A DNA stretch of 64,000 bases from an uncultured Candidatus Binatia bacterium (GCA_964291295.2 OZ219754.1:2176001-2240000); one strand, 5' to 3'. Positions 36,058 to 47,015 are shown, counted from the first letter of the stretch. The notes: generated by a model not told the origin, from the letters alone. Program-made: numbers and translations.

Positions 36058-37827
36058 ATGGCGAAGGACGGCAGGGCGGAGAAGAAGCGGGCGGAGTACG
36101 GCTCGGACGTGGTCGTCGACATGCTCAAGGCTTTCGACATCGAGTATACGGCGTTCAATCCCGGAGCGAGCTTCCGCGGCATCCACGACTCCATCGTGAA
36201 CTACGGCGGCAACCACCATCCGGAGGTGATCTTCTGTTGCCACGAAGAGATCTCGGTGGCCATCTCCCACGGCTACGCCAAGGCCACGGGCAAGCCCATG
36301 GTGGCGATCCTGCACGACGTGGTGGGCCTTCAGCACGGCAGCATGGGGATCTTCAACGCCTGGTGCGACCGGGTTCCGGTGATCTGCCTGGGCGGCACCG
36401 GCCCGGTGGACACGACCATCCGCCGCCCCTGGATCGACTGGATCCACACCGCCCTGACCCAGGGCAACCAGGTGCGGGACTACACCAAGTGGGACGACCA
36501 GCCGGCCACGCTGGAGAGCGTTCCGGAGTCCTTCATTCGCGGTTACCGGCTGGCCGTGACCGAACCCACGGCGCCGGTCTACATCAACTACGACGCCGGC
36601 CTGCAGGAGATGGCGGTGGCGAAGCAGGTGGAGATACCCGACGTGAGCCGGTTCGCGCCCCAGGCCCCGGTGCAGGGAAATCCGGATGCCATGCGCCAGG
36701 CCGCGGAGTTGCTGGTGGGCGCCAGGGCGCCGCTCATCATCGCGGACTTCATGGGACGCAAGCCCGCGGCGGTGGCGGCGCTGGCCGAACTGGCGGAGCT
36801 GCTGGCCATCCCGGTCATCGACAAGGGCAACCGCCACAACATCGCCAACACCCATCCGCTGGATGTCACCAACGTCGCCGGCGAGTTCCTGAAGAAGGCC
36901 GACGTGGTGCTGGCGCTGGATGTCCAGGACCTCTACGGCTCGCTGACCCATGTGGACCGCACCACCCGGGAGATGGGCTATGTCATCCAGCCCGGCGCCC
37001 GGATCATCCATATCAACCTGAACGACATGCTGGTCCACAGCTGGGCCACGGACGTCCAGCCGCTGCAGCCCGTGGACGTTCCCATCAGCGCCGATACGGC
37101 CATCGCCCTGCCCGAACTCACCCGCCTGTGCCGCGAGCGGATGGGCCCCGACAGGTCGGCTGTGGAGGCCCGGGCCAGGGAGGTGAAGGCGGTGCACGAC
37201 GCCGCCCGCGCCCGCTGGCAGGAGGAGGCGCGGCAGACCCTCACCCGGAACGACATCTCCACCGCCTGTCTGGCCTATACGCTGGGCGAGGCGGTCAAGC
37301 GGGAGAACTGGGTGCTGGCCAACGGCAGCGCCAACGGCTGGGCGCGCAAGCTGTGGGACTGGACCCGGCCGGGCCAGTATCTGGGGCGCAGCGGCGGCGC
37401 CGGCGTGGGCTACGGCATGAGCGCGGCCATCGGGGTGGCGCTGGGCCACATGGGAACGGACAAGTTCTGCGTTGACATCCAGTCCGACGGCGACCTGCTG
37501 ATGACTTCCAGCGCCCTGTGGACCGCGGCCCACCACAGGATTCCGCTGCTCATCGTCATCCACAACAATCAGTCCTTCTACAACTCGGAAGAGCACGGCA
37601 TCAAGCTGGCGGAGTTTCGCAACCGCCCGGTGGAGAACGCCGGCATCGGCACCCACGTGAGCGATCCTCTGGTGGACTACGCCAAGATGGCCGAGTGCTT
37701 CGGCGTGTGGGGCGAGGGCCCCATCACCCGGCCGTCGGACCTGGGACCGGCGCTGGAACGGGCCTGCAAGGTGGTCAGGGAACAGCGCCTTCCCGCCTTG
37801 GTGGACGTGGTCTCGGAGCCGCGCTGA
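36058..37827 (+). CDS. Thiamine pyrophosphate-binding enzyme (acetolactate synthase-like superfamily)
   Basis: NPGASFRGIHDS, HEE..HGYAK and DGDLLM..NN ThDP motif. Confidence 0.92.
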   Translation: MAKDGRAEKKRAEYGSDVVVDMLKAFDIEYTAFNPGASFRGIHDSIVNYGGNHHPEVIFCCHEEISVAISHGYAKATGKPMVAILHDVVGLQHGSMGIFNAWCDRVPVICLGGTGPVDTTIRRPWIDWIHTALTQGNQVRDYTKWDDQPATLESVPESFIRGYRLAVTEPTAPVYINYDAGLQEMAVAKQVEIPDVSRFAPQAPVQGNPDAMRQAAELLVGARAPLIIADFMGRKPAAVAALAELAELLAIPVIDKGNRHNIANTHPLDVTNVAGEFLKKADVVLALDVQDLYGSLTHVDRTTREMGYVIQPGARIIHINLNDMLVHSWATDVQPLQPVDVPISADTAIALPELTRLCRERMGPDRSAVEARAREVKAVHDAARARWQEEARQTLTRNDISTACLAYTLGEAVKRENWVLANGSANGWARKLWDWTRPGQYLGRSGGAGVGYGMSAAIGVALGHMGTDKFCVDIQSDGDLLMTSSALWTAAHHRIPLLIVIHNNQSFYNSEEHGIKLAEFRNRPVENAGIGTHVSDPLVDYAKMAECFGVWGEGPITRPSDLGPALERACKVVREQRLPALVDVVSEPR

Positions 37828-38239
37828 CGAACCCCGCGCGGGCCGCGCCGGTGCCGCGGTCCCGTTTCCGGGGCGGACAGGGGCGAGTGCGCGGTGCCGA
37901 GTCGGACTCGGGGCCGGACACGGACCTGGAAGGTCGCGCGGGAGCCCCGGGGAAGGTCTGACCAAGGTGATGGCGCGGCATTGAGCCGCACGCACCCTGT
38001 TGATCTTGTTGGTCCAGCCCCGGCGCACTCGGGGTTGTTCAGACCCTCACTGGCGGATTTTCGAGAGGTTTCCGGGGTTGGCGCCGGAGTCGCGCCGGGC
38101 GGGAGCCGGTCAGGGCGATTCGGAAGCGATCTTCGGAACGGCGGCAGTCCTGGGGACGGAAGCGGTTTTCGGAAGCCGTCGCGGACGCTTCACCAGGCAT
38201 GGCCTGGGTTCGACTCCGACCGCACCTCCCCGCCCCCTT

Positions 38240-40264
38240 TTACTGGAAGGCCCGGACGTAGGCCCGCTGCAGCCGTTCCACCCGGCTCGTGTAGAGCAGG
38301 CCGATGCGTGCGAACGCCTCCAGCGCGGCACCGTCCCCCTGGTCCATGGGGAAGTGGACGACCTTGCGGAATCGCTTGACTTCCTTCTGGGACGCCTCGG
38401 TCAGGTGCTCCACCGCCTGCTGCAGTTCCTCGCGCCCTTTCAGCACCTTGTTGAGGATGGGAAGCACCAGCACGTCGGCCTTGTCCTGAATGCGTGACAG
38501 GGCGGCGCTGGCCACCGGTACGACGTCGATGCCCAGGTCGGACAGGAAGTGGCTCAGACGCTGGCCCACCTGGTCCTTCAGGAACGCCTCGGGCATGGCC
38601 ACGGCGTGGCGCAGCCGCCGCCCCATCCAGCGCCAGCGGGTGGCGCCGGGGTAGACCTCGCGCCGCAGCTTCCTCAGATATTCCTTGCTCAACTCGCCCC
38701 AGCTCCGGGCCGCATCGGTGGTCTCCACGAAAGGTTCGGCAGCCACGGTCTCCGGGTCGCCGTGGGTGTGGTTGACATAGTCGTGGAAGTGCTTCTCGGA
38801 GATCATGTAGCTGATGGCGTAATCCAGCTTCTCGAAGTTGGGGCGGGGCCACATGACCTGGCGCAGGGTCCTGAGGAAGAACCGGCGCCGGGCGCGGTCG
38901 GTGGTGAAGATGTAGTACCGGACCGTTTTGGCCAGGATGCCGAGGATTTCGCGGCTCACGTGGCCGCGGCCCCGGCGGGTGTATTCGGGGCGGAACGCCG
39001 ACACCCCGGTGGCCAGCCGGGCGCCGTAGTTTTCGTACTTGTAGAGGCTCCGGATCAGCCAGTTGTAGCCTTGTTGCATCTCCTCGATGGACATCCGCTT
39101 GGGAACGAAGTTCAGGTCCGCCGAGCCGTGCCCCATCATCTGCGCGGAGTCGTAGGGAATCAGCCGGCCTTCCCTTTCCATGCGCTCGTAGAGGGGCGTC
39201 TTCTCGATGGCCGTCAGCACGCCGCTGGTGGTGAAGGCGATACCGGCCTCCTGCAGAAACTCGAACTGTTCCCGGAAGATGTCCTTGTCGTCGTTGTCGA
39301 AGCCGACGATCATGCCCGCCAGGATCGCCATGTTGTGGGACTGGATCCTGCGGATGCTCTCCATCAGCGGGCGATGGGTATTCTGCCGCTTCTGCGTCTC
39401 GGTGAGGCTGGCCACCCGGGGCGACTCGATGCCCAGGAACATGCTGGTGAAGTTGGCGTCGTGCAGCAACTGGAGCAGCCTGGGCTTCTCCGCCACGTTG
39501 ATGGTCATCTCCCCGGAGAAGTTGATGGGATAGTTCCGGGCGCGGCCGAAGTCCGCCACCGCGGTGAGCAGCTCTTCGGCATAGCGCATGTTGCCGATGA
39601 GGTTGGCGTCGGAGAAGCTGATGTGGATTCCGCCCACGGACTCCACCGCCTTGATCTCGCTGATGACGTGGTCCACGCTCTTGGTCCGCGGCACCCGTCC
39701 GTCGGTGATGATGATGTCGCAGAACTCGCACTTGAAGGGGCAGCCCCGGGTGGTCTGCAGGAAGTAGTACAGGTAGTCGTCCCGGGACGCCAGATCCACC
39801 CGCGGCACCGGCGACAGCGTGATGTCGACGTTGCCCTCCTGCTTGTAGAGGGCCTGATGACGGCCCGTCCGGAGGTCGTCGCAGAACTGCGGCCAGGTGA
39901 TCTCCACCTCGCCGTTGAAGACCACGTCGAACAGTCCGTCGGTGAAGCGCTCGGGACACAGGGAGGGATAGGGGCCTCCTGTCACCACCATCTTGCCCCG
40001 CTTTCGGAACGCCTGGGCGATATGCCGCGCCCGTTCGTACTGGATGTTCCAGCAGGCGATGGCGACCACGTCGGCATCGGTGTCGAATTGCAGCGGCCGG
40101 ACGTTCTCGTCCTGAAGTGCGACATCGAAGTCCGGCGGCGTCAGGGCCGCCACCGTCAGGAGCCCCAGCGGCGTCTGCGCGCAACGCTGCGGCAGGATGT
40201 CGGTAATGCCGGTCAGGCGCCACAGCGAGTTCGGAAAGCGCGGATTGACGAACAGGATCTTCAT
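38240..40264 (-). CDS. B12-binding radical SAM protein (HpnP/DUF4070-like) with extra C-terminal region
   Basis: PLGLLTVAAL, GGPYPS, RGCPFKCEFC, GIES and IVGFDND motifs. Confidence 0.9.
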   Translation of the reverse strand: MKILFVNPRFPNSLWRLTGITDILPQRCAQTPLGLLTVAALTPPDFDVALQDENVRPLQFDTDADVVAIACWNIQYERARHIAQAFRKRGKMVVTGGPYPSLCPERFTDGLFDVVFNGEVEITWPQFCDDLRTGRHQALYKQEGNVDITLSPVPRVDLASRDDYLYYFLQTTRGCPFKCEFCDIIITDGRVPRTKSVDHVISEIKAVESVGGIHISFSDANLIGNMRYAEELLTAVADFGRARNYPINFSGEMTINVAEKPRLLQLLHDANFTSMFLGIESPRVASLTETQKRQNTHRPLMESIRRIQSHNMAILAGMIVGFDNDDKDIFREQFEFLQEAGIAFTTSGVLTAIEKTPLYERMEREGRLIPYDSAQMMGHGSADLNFVPKRMSIEEMQQGYNWLIRSLYKYENYGARLATGVSAFRPEYTRRGRGHVSREILGILAKTVRYYIFTTDRARRRFFLRTLRQVMWPRPNFEKLDYAISYMISEKHFHDYVNHTHGDPETVAAEPFVETTDAARSWGELSKEYLRKLRREVYPGATRWRWMGRRLRHAVAMPEAFLKDQVGQRLSHFLSDLGIDVVPVASAALSRIQDKADVLVLPILNKVLKGREELQQAVEHLTEASQKEVKRFRKVVHFPMDQGDGAALEAFARIGLLYTSRVERLQRAYVRAFQ

Positions 40265-40390
40265 GGTGTGAGACTCCTCATCGGGTCGATGTCCCTGATG
40301 TGCTCCGTGTTTCCTCTTTGTCCCGGGATGGATTGGTGATAATCTGCGCCGAGAAAGGCCGCCCGTGCCGTCAGCAGACGCACCAACGCC

Positions 40391-40420
40391 ACGTTAACAG
40401 CCGTCCGGCGGCGGTGTCAA
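40391..40420 (-). promoter_or_regulatory. Putative sigma70 promoter for the radical SAM gene
   Basis: TTGACA-N18-TAACGT with TG extension on the minus strand. Confidence 0.5.
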
Positions 40421-40509
40421 GATGATTATCCCGAATTGACTCTTCCGCATTGACTTTTCCGAACGGACTTTCCCGAACCGAGTCTCCCGAATCTCGCGGA
40501 ACGCCGTCG

Positions 40510-41202
40510 ATGTCCATGATCCAGCTCCACAAGGTCTCCAGGGTGTACCCGCCGGATCATGCCGGGGTCAGGGAGATCACGTTCCAGGTGGAGCCGGGAG
40601 AGTTCCTGTTCCTGTGCGGGCCCAGCGGGGCCGGCAAGACCACGTTGTTGCGGCTTCTCTTCCGGGCGGAGCAGCCCACCGACGGCCAGGTCGTCGTGAG
40701 CGGGCGCAATATCTCGCGCCTGGCGGGCCGACCCCTGGCGGCGTTCCGGCGCAGCCTGGGCCTGGTCTTCCAGGACTTCAAGCTGATCCCGCACATGACC
40801 GCGCTGGAGAACGTCGCGCTGGCCGCGGACGTCACCGGCGTCCCTTGGCGCGCGAGCCGGCGAAAGGCCTTCCGGCTGTTGGCCGAGCTCGGGCTGCGGG
40901 AGAAATACGCCGTGCCGGCGCCGGCCCTGTCCGGCGGGGAACAGCAACGGGTGGCCATCGCCCGAGCCCTCGTCAACGATCCGGAGTTGGTGTTGGCGGA
41001 CGAGCCCACCGGCAACCTGGATCCGGAAATGGCCGAGGAGACCATGCGCCTGTTCGCGCGGATCCACCGGCAGGGCGCCACGGTGCTCGTGGCCACCCAC
41101 GATCACCGCTTCCCGCGGCGTTTTGGCGGGCGCGTCCTGATGATGCGCCAGGGGCGTCTGGCCGGCGTGGACGAACCGGCGCGGGCGGCTCCGGCGCCAT
41201 GA
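40510..41202 (+). CDS. ftsE: Cell division ATP-binding protein
   Basis: [39 protein letters not shown]; upstream of ftsX. Confidence 0.93.
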   Translation: MSMIQLHKVSRVYPPDHAGVREITFQVEPGEFLFLCGPSGAGKTTLLRLLFRAEQPTDGQVVVSGRNISRLAGRPLAAFRRSLGLVFQDFKLIPHMTALENVALAADVTGVPWRASRRKAFRLLAELGLREKYAVPAPALSGGEQQRVAIARALVNDPELVLADEPTGNLDPEMAEETMRLFARIHRQGATVLVATHDHRFPRRFGGRVLMMRQGRLAGVDEPARAAPAP

Positions 41203-42097
41203 GATGGGCCGGCGTCCTGTTCGTGGCGGGCCGGGTCGCCAGGAGCCTGCGGCAGCTCTTCTGGACCCACCTGCTGACCGCCGGAATCGTGGCCATGACG
41301 CTGTCGGTGTTCGGCGGCTTCCTGATCTTGCAGGGGAACATCGGCCGGCTGGTGAAGGGCTGGATCGACGAGGTTCAGGTGTTGCCTATCTGAAGGACAG
41401 CGTCGACCCGGCGGCTGCGAACGTCATGCGGGCCAGGGTGGCGGCCTTTCCCGAAGTGGAGGCCGTGAGCTACGTTTCCAGGAAGCAGGCCTGGAATGCC
41501 TTCCGGAAGACCTTGGGGTCCCAGGCCGGGATTCTGGAAGGCCTGAATCCCGGCGTGCTTCCCGCCTCCCTGGACATCGAGTTGCGGCCCGCCTACGGGT
41601 CGCGCGACGCGGTGGTGCGCCGGGTTGCGGCCCTCGACGGTGTCCAGGACGTGGAGTATCCTGAAACCTGGCTCGACAAGGTGCGGCTCCTGATGGCCGG
41701 AATCGAATGGCTGAAATGGGCCCTCGGGGGTTTTCTCTTTCTGGTGGCCTTCCTGATCGTGGGAAGCGCCATCAAGCTCTCCGCCGCGGCCCGGCAGGAC
41801 GAGATCGAGATCATGCAACTGGTGGGGGCGTCGGATGGGTTGATCAAGGCCCCTTTCGTCATCGAGGGCATGATCCAGGGGCTGGTGGGGGCGGCCCTGG
41901 CGGTGGCGCTGCTCCAGGCGTCATTCTCGCTCCTCGCCGCGGACCTGCTGGCTCCGTTCGGGTCTCTCGTGGGCACCGGGGATCTGGTCTTCCTCGACGC
42001 CTGGCAGTGCGCGCTGTTGTTCCTGACGGGATGGCTGCCGGGAGTCGCCGGCAGCATGCTGTCGGTGAAAAGACTCCTGACCTGGCGCCATGCATGC
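41199..42097 (+). CDS. ftsX: Cell division permease; frameshift near 41380, stop codon not found (end approximate)
   Basis: N-terminal TM in one frame, then VAYLKD..LPAS..EIEIMQLVGAS..PFVIEG in another frame. Confidence 0.82.
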
Positions 42098-43263
42098 CTT
42101 GCGAACCAGGGGCTGCGGAATCAGGCGCCACGTCCTGGCCGCCGCCGTTCTTTGCCTGACGCTCACCGGCATGGGGCGGCCCGGGGCCGTGCTGGCCGAC
42201 GACCTTGCGGATCTCCGGCAGGGAAGGGCCGCGCTCGACAGCTTGCGGCGTGGAGAGTCGTCGGTATTGCAGGTGCTGGACGAAATCGACGCCTCGCTGG
42301 AACGCGGGCGGCGACAACTGGATACGCTGAACTCGCGGCTGCAACGGCGCGAACGCGATCTGGAGCGGGCGCAACGGGCGGCGCGTTCGGCCGCGGCGGC
42401 CCTGGACAACAGCCGGACCGCCTTCGCCCGCCGGGTGCGGGTGCTCTACAAGTGGCAGCGGGCCGGAACACCGTTCGTGCTGCTCAACGGCGGGTTTTCG
42501 GCGGCGGAGCTGATGCGGCGGAAGCGGCGCCTGAACACGGTGCTGGCCCGGGACCGCAATCTCGTTGCCGGGCTTTCGCGGCGCGTCCGCCGGAGCCGGG
42601 AGCTTCGCAGCGCGGCGGAAGCCCGGCGCCGGGAGCTGACCGGGGAGCGCGACGCGGTTGCGGCGTTGCGGGACGAGTTGAGGGAGGAGCGCGCGCAGGC
42701 ACGAGGCCCTCCGGGGCTTGCGCCGGGAGCGTGCCCTGCGGGAGCGGGCGCTGCGGGAGCTGGAGCAGGCCGCCCGCCGTCTCCAGGATGTCATCACCGG
42801 TTCCGAAGAGGACCGCGAGCCGGTCCGGGAGGGGGAGCCGGGCTTTGCCGCGGCCAGCGGCAGCCTGGACCCGCCGGTGGCCGGCAGGATCGTGAGCGGG
42901 TTCGGAGTCCACAGGCATCCGGACCTGGACGTCGAGGTGCACCGTCCGGGGATCGACATCGCCGCTCCGCCCGGCGCCGAGGTCCGGGCCGTGGCGAGCG
43001 GCACGGTGCTGTATGCCGATGGGTTGTCGGGCTATGGGAAGCTGCTCATCAGCGACCATGGCCAGCGCTATTTCACGGTATACGGCCATCTGTCGAAGCT
43101 TGAGAAGGCGGTGGGCGACCGGGTAGGGCGAGGCGAGCGGATCGCATGGATCGGCGACCGCGCATGGTCCGGACCGTCGCGTCTCTACTTCGAGATCAGA
43201 AAAGAGGGCAAGCCCGTCGACCCGGCTCCCTGGTTCCGCCGCCTGGCGGTGCGAAGAAGGTAG
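42090..43263 (+). CDS. envC: Murein hydrolase activator EnvC-like (coiled coil + M23), frameshift near 42690
   Basis: Signal peptide and coiled coil in the frame of 42090; GIDI..GYGKLLI..YGHL..LYFEIR in the frame of 42718. Confidence 0.82.
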
Positions 43264-43319
43264 CCGCGGTTTGCGATGGTGTTGCCCGAGCACTAGAATC
43301 AACCCGAGGAGAGCCTGCG

Positions 43320-44612
43320 ATGAGACGACTGTGGAATGGAGAGTACCGACTGCCCGGGTGGTTTCTCGCCTTGGGCTGGATACTGTTGCTCGCGGGTCTG
43401 CTGGTGCCCCGGGTCGCCGCCGTGGGTTCCGGCGGGTATCGGAGCCTGGAGACTTTTGCGAACGTGGTCGCCATCGTCCGGCAGAACTACGTCAGGGAAG
43501 TGACGACCGAAACGCTCGTCAGCGGTGCCATCGAGGGGATGCTGAGTTCGCTGGATCCCTACAGCGCCTATCTGGCCGAGGAAGCGTACCGGGAGCTTCA
43601 GACCGAGACGGAAGGGCGTTTCGGCGGATTGGGACTGGAAGTCACCGTGCGCAACGGCTTCCTGACGGTGATATCGCCCATAGAGGACACCCCCGCGGCG
43701 CGGGCCGGCGTGCAGCCGGGCGATCAGATCATCGAGATCGACGATCAATCCACCGAAGACATCGGGCTTGCCGACGCCGTCACGCGGCTCCGGGGGCCCC
43801 GGGGTTCCAGCGTCACCATCTCGATCCGCAGGGTGGATCATGACAAGCCGCTGCGGTTCACCATCGTGCGGGATGTGATCGAGATCAACAGCGTGCGCGC
43901 GCACGTCCTGGAGAGTGGGTTCCTTTACGTGCGCATCGCCCAGTTCCAGGATCGCACGAGCGAGAACCTGAAGGCGGCCCTGGCGCGGGAGCTGCCCGAC
44001 GGCGAAGCCGTCAGAGGCCTCGTTCTCGATCTGCGGAACAATCCGGGCGGGCTTCTGGGCCAGGCCGTGGAAGTCTCCGACCTGTTCCTCGAATCGGGTC
44101 TGATCGTGTACACGGACGGGCGTCCGGGCCAGCAGAAGCAGAAGTTCTCCGCGAGCCCGCAAGGCTCCCGGACCGATTTTCCGATGGTGGTGCTGGTGAA
44201 CGGCGGCAGCGCCAGTGCCTCGGAGATCGTCGCCGGGGCTCTCCAGGATCACAAGCGGGCGCTGATTCTGGGTACCCGGACCTTCGGCAAGGGATCGGTG
44301 CAGACCATTCTCCCGCTGGACGGCCGTTCGGCGCTGCGGCTGACCACCGCGGAATACTTCACGCCCGACGGCCGTTCGATACATGAGACCGGAATCCGGC
44401 CCGATATCGTCATGGACCGGAAGGCGCGGCCGTCCGACCGGGCGGAAGCGTCCGGCGGGAGTTCCGAGACCGGCGGCCCGGAACCGGGAGCCATGCGCGG
44501 GGAGGGCATCGTGGAGCGGACAAGGAACGATCCGCAGGTGGGACGGGCGCTGGAGTTGCTCAAGGGTTGGGATCTGTTTCGCGGGCTCGCGGGCCCGGAC
44601 AAGGCCACCTGA
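43320..44612 (+). CDS. ctpA: C-terminal processing protease (S41)
   Basis: LDPYS, PDZ (GGLGLEV), DLRNNPGG, SASASEIVAGALQD and FGKGSVQ motifs. Confidence 0.95.
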   Translation: MRRLWNGEYRLPGWFLALGWILLLAGLLVPRVAAVGSGGYRSLETFANVVAIVRQNYVREVTTETLVSGAIEGMLSSLDPYSAYLAEEAYRELQTETEGRFGGLGLEVTVRNGFLTVISPIEDTPAARAGVQPGDQIIEIDDQSTEDIGLADAVTRLRGPRGSSVTISIRRVDHDKPLRFTIVRDVIEINSVRAHVLESGFLYVRIAQFQDRTSENLKAALARELPDGEAVRGLVLDLRNNPGGLLGQAVEVSDLFLESGLIVYTDGRPGQQKQKFSASPQGSRTDFPMVVLVNGGSASASEIVAGALQDHKRALILGTRTFGKGSVQTILPLDGRSALRLTTAEYFTPDGRSIHETGIRPDIVMDRKARPSDRAEASGGSSETGGPEPGAMRGEGIVERTRNDPQVGRALELLKGWDLFRGLAGPDKAT

Positions 44613-45853
44613 TGCGGCCCGGTGCCAGTTCCCTTCCATTCTCCCGGCAACCCGCCGCCCGCCCGCCCGCGCCCCTCACGGTCAGCGAGCTCAACGAGAT
44701 CATCAGGAACCGTCTGGAAACGGGAATCGACGCCCTGTGGGTGGCTGGCGAGCTCTCCAACGTGCGGTTCCCCCCGTCCGGACACGTTTACTTCACCCTC
44801 AAGGACCACGAATCCCAGATCTCGGCGGTGCTGTTCCGCCGCCACGCCGAAAGCCTGCGCTTCCGCATGGAGGACGGCATGGAGGTGGTGTGTTCGGGGC
44901 GCGTGAGCCTGTACACGGTGCGCGGTGCGCTGCAGTTCTACGCGGCCGAGGTCGAGGCCCGCGGCAGGGGAGCGCTGGCCGTTGCCTTCGAGCAGTTGAA
45001 GACGCGGCTGTCCCGGGAAGGTCTGTTCGACCCCGATCGCAAGAAGCCGCTGCCGTTCCTGCCGCGCGCCATCGGCATCGTCACGTCGCTTCACGGGGCG
45101 GCCGTGCGTGACATGTTGAGCATCCTCGGCGAACGGTTCCCTGACCGCCGGGTGGTGATCCGGCCGGTGCGGGTGCAGGGCGAGGGCGCCGCCGACGAGA
45201 TCGCCCGGGGCATTGGCGAGCTCGACGCCGCCGGTGTGGTGGACGTCATGATCGTGGGCCGGGGCGGCGGCTCGCTGGAGGACCTCTGGGCCTTCAACGA
45301 GGAGGTGGTGGCTCGGGCCATCGCCTCGGCCCGGGTTCCCGTCGTGTCCGCGGTGGGCCACGAGATCGACGTGACCATCGCCGACTTCGTGGCCGACCAG
45401 CGCGCCGCCACCCCTACGGCCGCGGCTGAGATGGTGGTCCCTCTGCGGCCCGAACTGGCGCGCCAGGTGGCCGTGCTCGCGCGCCGGCTGCGCCGCAGCA
45501 CGGCGAGCCGCATGGAGCGGCGGCGCGAGAACCTGCGGCACTGGGTCCGCCGTCTCGCCGATCCCGGCCAGCGTCTCCGCCAGGGGCAGTTGCGCCTCGA
45601 CGAGATGGCGATGCGCCTGTGGCGCCGTCAGGAGGACCGGCTGGCGCGGTTGAGGGAGCGGCTGGGCCATCTCGCCGAGCGGCTGGGCGGTGTCGATCCG
45701 CGGGCGGTCTTGAGGCGCGGCTACAGCATCGTGTACCGGGCCGCGGATGGCGGCATCGTGAAGGAGGCCGCGTCGCTCCGGAAGGGTGATCGCCTGCGGG
45801 TGGATTTCGCGGCCGGGCGGGCGACATGCCGGGTCGAGGAGGTGGAAGAATAG
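44612..45853 (+). CDS. xseA: Exodeoxyribonuclease VII large subunit
   Basis: GELSN..SGHVYFTLKD, GRGGGSLEDLWAFN, SAVGHEID and TPTAAAE motifs. Confidence 0.96.
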   Translation: MRPGASSLPFSRQPAARPPAPLTVSELNEIIRNRLETGIDALWVAGELSNVRFPPSGHVYFTLKDHESQISAVLFRRHAESLRFRMEDGMEVVCSGRVSLYTVRGALQFYAAEVEARGRGALAVAFEQLKTRLSREGLFDPDRKKPLPFLPRAIGIVTSLHGAAVRDMLSILGERFPDRRVVIRPVRVQGEGAADEIARGIGELDAAGVVDVMIVGRGGGSLEDLWAFNEEVVARAIASARVPVVSAVGHEIDVTIADFVADQRAATPTAAAEMVVPLRPELARQVAVLARRLRRSTASRMERRRENLRHWVRRLADPGQRLRQGQLRLDEMAMRLWRRQEDRLARLRERLGHLAERLGGVDPRAVLRRGYSIVYRAADGGIVKEAASLRKGDRLRVDFAAGRATCRVEEVEE

Positions 45854-45922
45854 GCTGGCGCCACCGGGCCGGGGAAACGCGCAGCCAAGGGGGAGCCAGG
45901 ATCGCAGCCGGGGGGAGTCAGG

Positions 45923-46180
45923 ATGTCTCAGGAGGCAAAGGCGCAGGAGGAGAGGAGCTTCGAGGATTGTCTCGAGGCCCTCGAGAAGGTCGTGGAGCGC
46001 ATCGAGGGCGGCGAGTTGAATCTCGAGGAGTCGTTGGCGGCCTTCGAGGAAGGCGTGCGGCTGGTCCAGTCGTGCGACCGGAAGCTCGGTGACGTCGAGC
46101 GGCGCGTCGAGGTGCTCACGAAGGACGCGGAAGGCCGCGCCCGGCTGGAGGCGCTGGTGGGCGAGGAGGCGTCGGATTGA
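45923..46180 (+). CDS. xseB: Exodeoxyribonuclease VII small subunit
   Basis: FEDCLEALEKVV..LEESLAAFEEG. Confidence 0.95.
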   Translation: MSQEAKAQEERSFEDCLEALEKVVERIEGGELNLEESLAAFEEGVRLVQSCDRKLGDVERRVEVLTKDAEGRARLEALVGEEASD

Positions 46181-46208
46181 CGCCGTCCGCCGCGGGAGCG
46201 CGAGAGCG

Positions 46209-46991
46209 GTGACGCGCGCCACGTCGGGCAGGGAACGGCTGGACCGGGTACTGCTGGAGTCGTCGTTGGCCAGGAGCCGCGAGGAGGCCCGGCGGTATAT
46301 TCTGGCCGGCGCGGTGCTGGTGGATGACCAGCCCGTAACCAAGGCCGGGGCGCTGGTCCGGCGCGGGTCGCGGGTGCGGGTCAAGGCCGCGTCCCGCTAC
46401 GTCAGCCGCGGGGGAGAGAAGCTTGACGCCGCCCTGGAACATTTCGGGTTGAGACCCGGGGGGCGGGTGGCGCTCGACGTGGGGGCGTCCACGGGGGGGT
46501 TCACCGACTGCCTGCTGGCCCATGGCGCCGCCCGGGTCTATGCGGTGGACGTGGGTTACGGGCAGTTCGACTGGCGGCTCCGGCAGGACCCCCGCGTTGT
46601 CCTGCGGGAGCGCACCAACATCCGCCGCCTGGAGCCCGATGCGCTCCCGGAGCGGCCGTCCCTGGCGGTGGTGGACGTTTCGTTCATCTCGCTTCGGCTG
46701 GTCCTGCCGCGGGTCTGCCTGCTCCTGTCACGGACTTTCGAGATCATGGCTCTCATCAAGCCGCAGTTCGAGGTGGGCAAGGGCAAGGTGGGCAAGGGCG
46801 GCGTGGTGCGTTCGGAGGAGGAGCACCGTCGGGTCATCGGCGAGATCGAGAGGGCGGTGGACGCCTTGGGGTTGGCGCACCGTCCGGTTTTCCAGTCGCC
46901 GCTGACCGGGCCCAAGGGGAACCGGGAGTTCTTCATCCACTGCGTTGCGGGGCCTTTCGGGGAGCGCTCCGAAAGCGGTTTCCGGGGTTGA
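46209..46991 (+). CDS. tlyA: TlyA-family rRNA methyltransferase
   Basis: S4 domain, YVSRGGEKL, DVGASTGGFTD, DVSFISL, KPQFE and GNREF motifs. Confidence 0.95.
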   Translation: MTRATSGRERLDRVLLESSLARSREEARRYILAGAVLVDDQPVTKAGALVRRGSRVRVKAASRYVSRGGEKLDAALEHFGLRPGGRVALDVGASTGGFTDCLLAHGAARVYAVDVGYGQFDWRLRQDPRVVLRERTNIRRLEPDALPERPSLAVVDVSFISLRLVLPRVCLLLSRTFEIMALIKPQFEVGKGKVGKGGVVRSEEEHRRVIGEIERAVDALGLAHRPVFQSPLTGPKGNREFFIHCVAGPFGERSESGFRG

Positions 46992-47015
46992 CTTGGATAA
47001 CGGATTGGCTATAGT
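46988..47015 (+). promoter_or_regulatory. Sigma70 promoter of the rpsU-dnaG-rpoD operon
   Basis: TTGACT-N16-TATAGT followed by AAAGGAG RBS. Confidence 0.65.

Noticed and set aside
37828-38239. Possible gene or ncRNA in the 410-bp gap between convergent genes
   Set aside because: Only GC-rich low-complexity sequence with short TCGGAA recurrences; no credible ORF or RNA motif.
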